From: Candidatus Limimorpha sp.
GTDB taxonomy: Bacteria; Bacteroidota; Bacteroidia; Bacteroidales; F082
Assembly: GCA_045120395.1 (NCBI GenBank)
Contig: JBGVET010000026.1
Location: 5,691 to 69,690 of the forward strand
Length of the DNA: 64,000 bases
Direction: 5' to 3'
A program made the position numbers and the translations under genes. The notes beneath the pieces are model-generated. The model was given only the letters and a program-made list of their open reading frames with translations, searched no databases and was not told where the DNA came from. Numbering within the stretch: the first letter of the stretch is position 1; every line of letters begins with the position of its first letter. Below, one piece after another: positions 56,619 to 61,931 of the stretch.

Positions 56619-57644
56619 ATGAAAAAGACATTATTAATTTTGGCAGTGATTGTAACATCAATGATGTTCTCCTGTAATCCTGAAAAAGATGAAAACAATA
56701 ACGTTTTGGTGACGACTGGTTCCGTGTCTGACATAACAGAGACGAGTGCGAAATGCGGCGGCACGGTGACTGCATCAGGTTATTCTGTAGGAAGTTGCGG
56801 ATTATGTTATAGCGAAACTCCTAATCCTACTGTAAGTTCTTACATAACATCTGACCAAGTAGGAACTGGAACCTTCACCTCCACTATAAGTGGCTTGGAA
56901 CCAGGCACAAAATATTACGTTAGAGCATACGCCAATGCAGGATCTGAAATATTCTACGGAGATCAGAAAGAATTTACGACTTTAGGAGATGACAATGACG
57001 GTGATGATGACAATGATGATAATGGTGGCGGAAACGGAGGTGACGATAATGGCGGTGGTGATGAACCCACAACTGGAACAATTAACGGCCACGAATGGGT
57101 TGACATTGGTTTGCCATCAGGTTTGAAATGGGCGACATATAACGTAGGCGCATCTTCAAAAGAAGATTATGGTGATTATTTTGCATGGGGCGAGACTGAG
57201 ACAAAGTCTACTTATACAGATAGTAATAGTATTACCTACGAAGTAGAAATGAGTAACATAAGTGGTAATTCACAATACGATGCTGCCACAGCCAACTGGG
57301 GCAGTACATGGAGAATGCCGACAGAACAAGAGATGAATGAATTGGTTGACAATTGTAAATGGGAATGGACACAGGTAAATGGAGTTAACGGCTCAAAGAT
57401 TATAGGACCAAACGGTAACTTTATTTTCCTTCCAGCTGCGGGCAACCGTGACGGTTCATCGCTCTACGAAGACGGAGTGGAAGGTAGCTATTGGAGTTCC
57501 ACGCCATTCAATGATGAGTCTGCAACTTTTCATCATAGAGTAGCATTCAACCTCGTCTTTGACAATAGTTTTGCGTTTGTGACTATAAATAACATGAGCT
57601 GTGCTCGCTACTGTGGTCAGCCTGTTCGTCCTGTCTCAGAATAA
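56619..57644 (+). CDS. lipoprotein, paralog of 53514-54530
   Basis: ~90% nucleotide identity by eye over the N-terminal module; same GHEWVD.GLPSGLKWAT and WRMPT..EM.EL motifs. Confidence 0.65.
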   Translation: MKKTLLILAVIVTSMMFSCNPEKDENNNVLVTTGSVSDITETSAKCGGTVTASGYSVGSCGLCYSETPNPTVSSYITSDQVGTGTFTSTISGLEPGTKYYVRAYANAGSEIFYGDQKEFTTLGDDNDGDDDNDDNGGGNGGDDNGGGDEPTTGTINGHEWVDIGLPSGLKWATYNVGASSKEDYGDYFAWGETETKSTYTDSNSITYEVEMSNISGNSQYDAATANWGSTWRMPTEQEMNELVDNCKWEWTQVNGVNGSKIIGPNGNFIFLPAAGNRDGSSLYEDGVEGSYWSSTPFNDESATFHHRVAFNLVFDNSFAFVTINNMSCARYCGQPVRPVSE

Positions 57645-57911
57645 GGCAAAGTAGAGTTTTAAAAATAATACATTATAACTTGTATAAATAAACATTAAAA
57701 TAAATAAGGGGACATCTATAAATTGCTTTGCAAATGATTTGTGAATATTTATTGAGAAGATTTTTATATGTCTTGAGAGAGCATGGCGGGTTATGCGATT
57801 AAGAGAAAGACGAAAAGACTCCGATAAAAAATATAAAACATGCAAAAGTTTTTACTATCACGGTCAAAACATATTAAAACGAGGAGTTTATAGAGGTCCC
57901 CATCAATAACA

Positions 57912-58475
57912 ATGAAACGATATATATTACTGATATCATTTGTGATAAGCTATCTTATAACTTCAGCTCAATATACAGAGAATAAGAATTCAGAAATAGA
58001 TCCAGGTTATTTTTCTCACTGAGGATTTGAATATACAGCCTGATTTAAAGCTGCAGGTTATGGAAGTTATTCTTACAATATTCAAGTCATTGGACTGTCA
58101 GGTTTTGGTGCGGAATGGGGTATGGGTGCAAACTTTGGATTAATTGACTCAGATTTTTCAGGAGTTTTTTTCAGAGCTGGTGCTGTATATGGATATGCAT
58201 TCTCGGATTTTGCTATGCTTTCAACATCTTTTGGATTTGATGGTAGCTATCACGGGACTGGAACATATATTAGTTATGAGCAAGCTTCGTCGGGTAATTA
58301 TTATCCTATTACTCGTAGTGGAAATATGAAATTTGACTGGGGACTTTCCTTAAAATCACAGATAATATTAAAAGCTGGAAAGATATTACCTCATGCAGGT
58401 TTGACATTTAGTTGGTCAAAGATTACAAGTAGGATAGGGATAGGCTTTGTTGTTGGAATAGGTTTTACTTTATGA
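57912..58475 (+). pseudogene. small outer-membrane beta-barrel (porin-family-like) gene with two in-frame TGA codons
   Basis: Signal peptide MKRYILLISFVISYLITSAQ; TGA at 58020-58022 and 58041-58043 in the frame that continues into ORF 58122-58475; alternating aromatic/Gly beta-strand pattern. Confidence 0.55.
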
Positions 58476-58655
58476 GTTAAGTATAGCCATAGTCAGAAGA
58501 GTTCAAAAAAGAAGTTAATTTTACTTTGTCGTACGACAATTGTCATTTTTTCATTAACTTTGCTTCGTTAACATTTAAAAATAATTTTATAGAAAAGAAG
58601 TAAGAAAAATAAAAATATAACATATTATAAACATAGCGTTTAAAGCATTTTCTTT

Positions 58656-58771
58656 GATTACTCGAAATCGCCAAATTTCAAATTTTCCACAAAGAAAGCA
58701 TGAACGCTTGCGGGTTATATCCGTGAGCTTTCTTGTTTGTGGAAATAGGTTTTGGCGAGCCTTGAGTAATC
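58656..58771. repeat. ~116-nt imperfect hairpin upstream of HTH gene
   Basis: Arm GATTACTCGAAATCGCCAAA...TTTTCCACAAAGAAAGC (58656-58699) vs GCTTTCTTGTTTGTGGAAA...TTTGGCGAGCCTTGAGTAATC (58727-58771). Confidence 0.6.
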
Positions 58772-58793
58772 AACAAGTACTCACGGTTTTTTT

Positions 58794-59018
58794 ATGCAGT
58801 CCGAAATTATAGATATACATATAGGAAAACTGATACGTCAGAAACTCAGGGAGCAGGGCAGAACGGTGACATGGTTCGCTGCTCAGATTCCATGTACCCG
58901 GAAACATGCATATAGAATCTTCAACAATCCCAATATCAACACGGAGCTTCTGATAAGGATAAATGAAATATTAGGATGTAATTTCTTTGAATATTATATT
59001 TGCCTAGATTACAATTAA
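58794..59018 (+). CDS. small XRE-type helix-turn-helix protein
   Basis: IGKLIRQKLREQGRTVTWFAAQIPCTRKHAYRIFNNPNINTELLIRINEIL. Confidence 0.55.
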   Translation: MQSEIIDIHIGKLIRQKLREQGRTVTWFAAQIPCTRKHAYRIFNNPNINTELLIRINEILGCNFFEYYICLDYN

Positions 59019-59023
59019 TAATT

Positions 59024-59054
59024 AGAGGTCGGAAATTTTCAGACCTCTTTTTTA
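59024..59054 (+). terminator. rho-independent terminator (near-duplicate of 53069-53102)
   Basis: AGAGGTC (59024-59030) / GACCTCT (59042-59048) + T-run. Confidence 0.6.
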
Positions 59055-59138
59055 TTACTTATAAGTCTAGCCCTAAAATATCGTTACAACAAAAAACTAT
59101 ATCATCATTTTTTTATATAAAACTTTTCATTATATTTT

Positions 59139-59684
59139 ATGTCATCTGACAAAATATATAAAGGTCATTTATACGAAGAACTGGAAAAAGATTATCGTAT
59201 AAAAGAAGGTTTGAAAGCATGCATGAACTGCGGTGTTTGCACTGCTGAACGTTTCGGCGTTGAGTTCCGCATGGGTTCTATCGTTGAAGTCGACACAACA
59301 TCACGTCCTTTCAGAGTAAAATCAGAGACAGGCGATGAGTTGTTAGCAGACACTATCGTTGTTGCTACAGGCGCATCAGCACGTTGGTTAGGCATTAAAG
59401 GCGAAGACCAATTCAAAGGCGGCGGCGTTTCAGCTTGCGCTACATGCAACGGTTTCTTCGAAGCAATCGGCAACACACCTAACACAGCTATCTTCAAAGA
59501 TAAACTCGAAATGGACGAAGCTGGTTACATCATCACAAAACCTAAATCAACAGCAACAAGCGTTCCTGGCATCTTCGCAGCAGGCGACTGCCAAGACAGA
59601 TTGTTCCGTCAAGCTATCATCGCTGCAGGTTCAGGCGCAACAGCTGGTATGGAAGTTGAAAGATTCCTCATGGAGAATGCATGA
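59139..59684 (+). CDS. chimeric ORF: HdrC-like N-terminus (36 aa) fused in frame to an internally deleted trxB copy; probable gene remnant
   Basis: 59139-59246 ~75% identical to 34411-34518; 59247-59459 and 59460-59678 nearly identical to trxB 52243-52455 and 52750-52968. Confidence 0.7.
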   Translation: MSSDKIYKGHLYEELEKDYRIKEGLKACMNCGVCTAERFGVEFRMGSIVEVDTTSRPFRVKSETGDELLADTIVVATGASARWLGIKGEDQFKGGGVSACATCNGFFEAIGNTPNTAIFKDKLEMDEAGYIITKPKSTATSVPGIFAAGDCQDRLFRQAIIAAGSGATAGMEVERFLMENA

Positions 59685-59800
59685 TAAAGTTTTGAGCAAT
59701 AAGCCTTGAGCTCTGAGCTAAAAATAGAAAAAAACGATGTCTTTATGAAGGCATCGTTTTTTTATTGTCAAAAATATTATTTTTGTCAAAAATTATAATT

Positions 59801-60910
59801 ATGAATAACTGGAATGAAATTGTAGATATTCTTTCTTCAAATATTACACTTGATATAAGTGAAGGTATCTATCAAAGAGAGATTGTTAACTGCTTAAGAA
59901 TGTTAGGTTGGAGAAGTAAAGAAGGAACTCTGAAAGAACAAGTTACTTTACATATTGGAAATAATAATTCAATTCGTCCAGATATTGTGCTTTATAAAGA
60001 TAATCAACCAGTACTTCCTATTGAAATTAAGCGACCTACAAACATAAGTTCCTCAAAAGAAGAAAAACAATTAATGTCATATATGCGCCAATTGAAATTA
60101 AATGTAGGTCTTTATATTGGTAATAATATTCAATTATATTACGATAATCCGTCTGACCTTGATTTGCCAGTTTGTGTTTTGAAAGCTGAATTTAAAGAAA
60201 ATGACAATAATGGCATTTATCTTTGTAAAATGTTAACATACGACACATTTTATCTAAATGATATAGAAGAAAATTGTAAAAAATTATATAAAAATATCAT
60301 AAGCCAGAATTGCTTACAAAATAAATTAAATGATTTTTTATCAATTGAAAATATCGACAATAACATTAAGGAATTGATAAAGAATAAATTTATCGCCGAA
60401 GGTTTTGATGAAGAAATATTAGAAAGTGAACTCAATAATTTCTCGATAGAAGTAAAATCAAATAAAACGATTTCCTATCATTCAAACACAAAAACTATTA
60501 CTGACATAAAACACAATCAAAACTATAACAATAATAGCAAAGAAAAATCACAGTTTTCTATAGACGGAGTAAATTATTGGGGTGTTGGGCCATTTGTTCA
60601 TCATGTAGTTAAGCAATATGTTACAGATCATCCAAATATAACCTTTGAAGAATTAAAAAATGTATTTCCACCACATCTTAGTCAAGGGAAAAATGGTGTT
60701 ATCATGACATTGTCATCTTTTGAAAAATTATTATTGAATCAGCCTGATTTGGAAAGGAGATTTTTCTATAAGAAAGATAGAATAATATTATTAAAAGATA
60801 ACACAGCTGTTGTCGTTTTTTCGCAATGGGGAAATTCGGGTTATATAAAACAATATTTTCAAGGTTTTCTTAAACATATTGAATCATTCTATAAAGTGTA
60901 TCAAAGATAA
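59801..60910 (+). CDS. PD-(D/E)xK nuclease-fold protein (HsdR-N-terminal-like domain) with uncharacterised C-terminal domain
   Basis: ATG 59801 preferred over TTG 59765; IRPDIVLYKDNQPVLPIEIKRP (D...E.K core). Confidence 0.5.
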   Translation: MNNWNEIVDILSSNITLDISEGIYQREIVNCLRMLGWRSKEGTLKEQVTLHIGNNNSIRPDIVLYKDNQPVLPIEIKRPTNISSSKEEKQLMSYMRQLKLNVGLYIGNNIQLYYDNPSDLDLPVCVLKAEFKENDNNGIYLCKMLTYDTFYLNDIEENCKKLYKNIISQNCLQNKLNDFLSIENIDNNIKELIKNKFIAEGFDEEILESELNNFSIEVKSNKTISYHSNTKTITDIKHNQNYNNNSKEKSQFSIDGVNYWGVGPFVHHVVKQYVTDHPNITFEELKNVFPPHLSQGKNGVIMTLSSFEKLLLNQPDLERRFFYKKDRIILLKDNTAVVVFSQWGNSGYIKQYFQGFLKHIESFYKVYQR

Positions 60911-61073
60911 AATCTTGTAAAGAATTTTATCCCTATCTAAATATGCAACTTTGAGGAAATTAAATTTCATCAAAGTTGTTTTTTTATAAAATTTCAACAA
61001 TCGTTATTTCTTAAAATATTTTAACTCAATGCTATTTAATTAGTTGTTATTTTTGCAATTCAGATATGGGATA

Positions 61074-61178
61074 AGCGCCGAAGGTGCGACAGTTCCCAGG
61101 CAGGTGATGAAGCACGCAGTGCGAAATCCCTGCAAACATTAACCAAGTAGAATCAAAGTCCTGAAAGGACGACAGAAA
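61074..61178 (+). repeat. REP-like element upstream of RAYT gene
   Basis: GCGCCGAAGGTGCGACAGTTCCCAGGCAGGTGATGAAGCACGCAGTGCGAAATCCCTGCAA...CTGAAAGGACGACAG. Confidence 0.7.
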
Positions 61179-61191
61179 AACCAAAATAAAT

Positions 61192-61647
61192 ATGGCAAGC
61201 GCATTAGTGAAAATAAACGTGCATATCATATTCCATGTAAAAAGCAATGGGATAAGAATGAGAGAAAATGACCTGAAAAGAATCTTCTCATATATCAGTG
61301 GAATCATAAACGGAATTGGTGGTGTTACAATGGATGTTGGAGGCGTTGTTGATCACGTTCATATAGTGGCATCGTTACCTAAAACGAAATCATTATCAGA
61401 TTTTGTGAAAATCATTAAATCAGACAGCAGCAGATGGATAAAATCCATTGATTCATATTATGACAAATTCGCATGGCAAGAAGGTTATGGCGCGTTCTCT
61501 GTTAGTCCGACCTTGCTTGACAAAACAATAAACTATGTCAAAAACCAATCAAATCATCATAAAACAATGTCATTCCGCGAAGAATATGAATCGTTTTTGA
61601 AAGCATACGGAATACAATATGATGAGAGATATGCTTTTGATGATTGA
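61192..61647 (+). CDS. IS200/IS605-type Y1 (HUH) transposase, REP-associated (RAYT-like)
   Basis: HUH motif DHVHIVASL; catalytic Tyr region FAWQEGYGAFSVS; YVKNQSNHH; flanked by inverted REP-like repeats. Confidence 0.8.
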   Translation: MASALVKINVHIIFHVKSNGIRMRENDLKRIFSYISGIINGIGGVTMDVGGVVDHVHIVASLPKTKSLSDFVKIIKSDSSRWIKSIDSYYDKFAWQEGYGAFSVSPTLLDKTINYVKNQSNHHKTMSFREEYESFLKAYGIQYDERYAFDD

Positions 61648-61649
61648 TA

Positions 61650-61752
61650 TTCTGTCGTACCTTCGGCACTCTGATTAATATTCGGTCTTTATTGCAGGCA
61701 TTCCGAGCTACGCTCTCCATACCTGCCTGGGGACTGTCGTTCCTTCGGAATT
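61650..61752 (-). repeat. REP-like element downstream of RAYT gene (inverted relative to 61074-61178 and 44658-44757)
   Basis: CTGTCGTACCTTCGGCACTC...ATTGCAGGCATTCCGAGCTACGCTCTCCATACCTGCCTGGGGACTGTCGTTCCTTCGGAAT. Confidence 0.8.
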
Positions 61753-61770
61753 TCTATAGTATCCTATTAT

Positions 61771-61836
61771 TTTTATTGCAGGGGTTCCGTGCTTCGCACT
61801 TCACCGCCTGACTATATACTGACGCCCATACTGGGC
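61771..61836 (-). repeat. second, degenerate REP-like unit
   Basis: TTTATTGCAGGGGTTCCGTGCTTCGCACTTCACCGCCTG parallels the ATTGCAGGCATTCCGAGC...CCTGCCTG core. Confidence 0.5.
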
Positions 61837-61851
61837 TTTCTTATAACAAAA

Positions 61852-61888
61852 CAAAAATCGTCTCTGACATTTCAGAGACGATTTTTTG
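61852..61888. terminator. bidirectional terminator
   Basis: ATCGTCTCTGA (61857-61867) / TCAGAGACGAT (61872-61882), A-run before and T-run after. Confidence 0.65.
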
Positions 61889-61931
61889 TTTCGTAGTCTA
61901 AGTTCAAGGCTCACAGCCCATAGCTCAAGGC

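Noticed and set aside
57912-58475. In-frame TGA codons as evidence for an alternative genetic code (TGA=Trp/Gly)
   Set aside because: TGA clearly terminates well-conserved genes here: holB at 30154-30156, lnt at 31739-31741 and the NTase at 19790-19792. Each is immediately followed or overlapped by the next start, so the standard code 11 applies.
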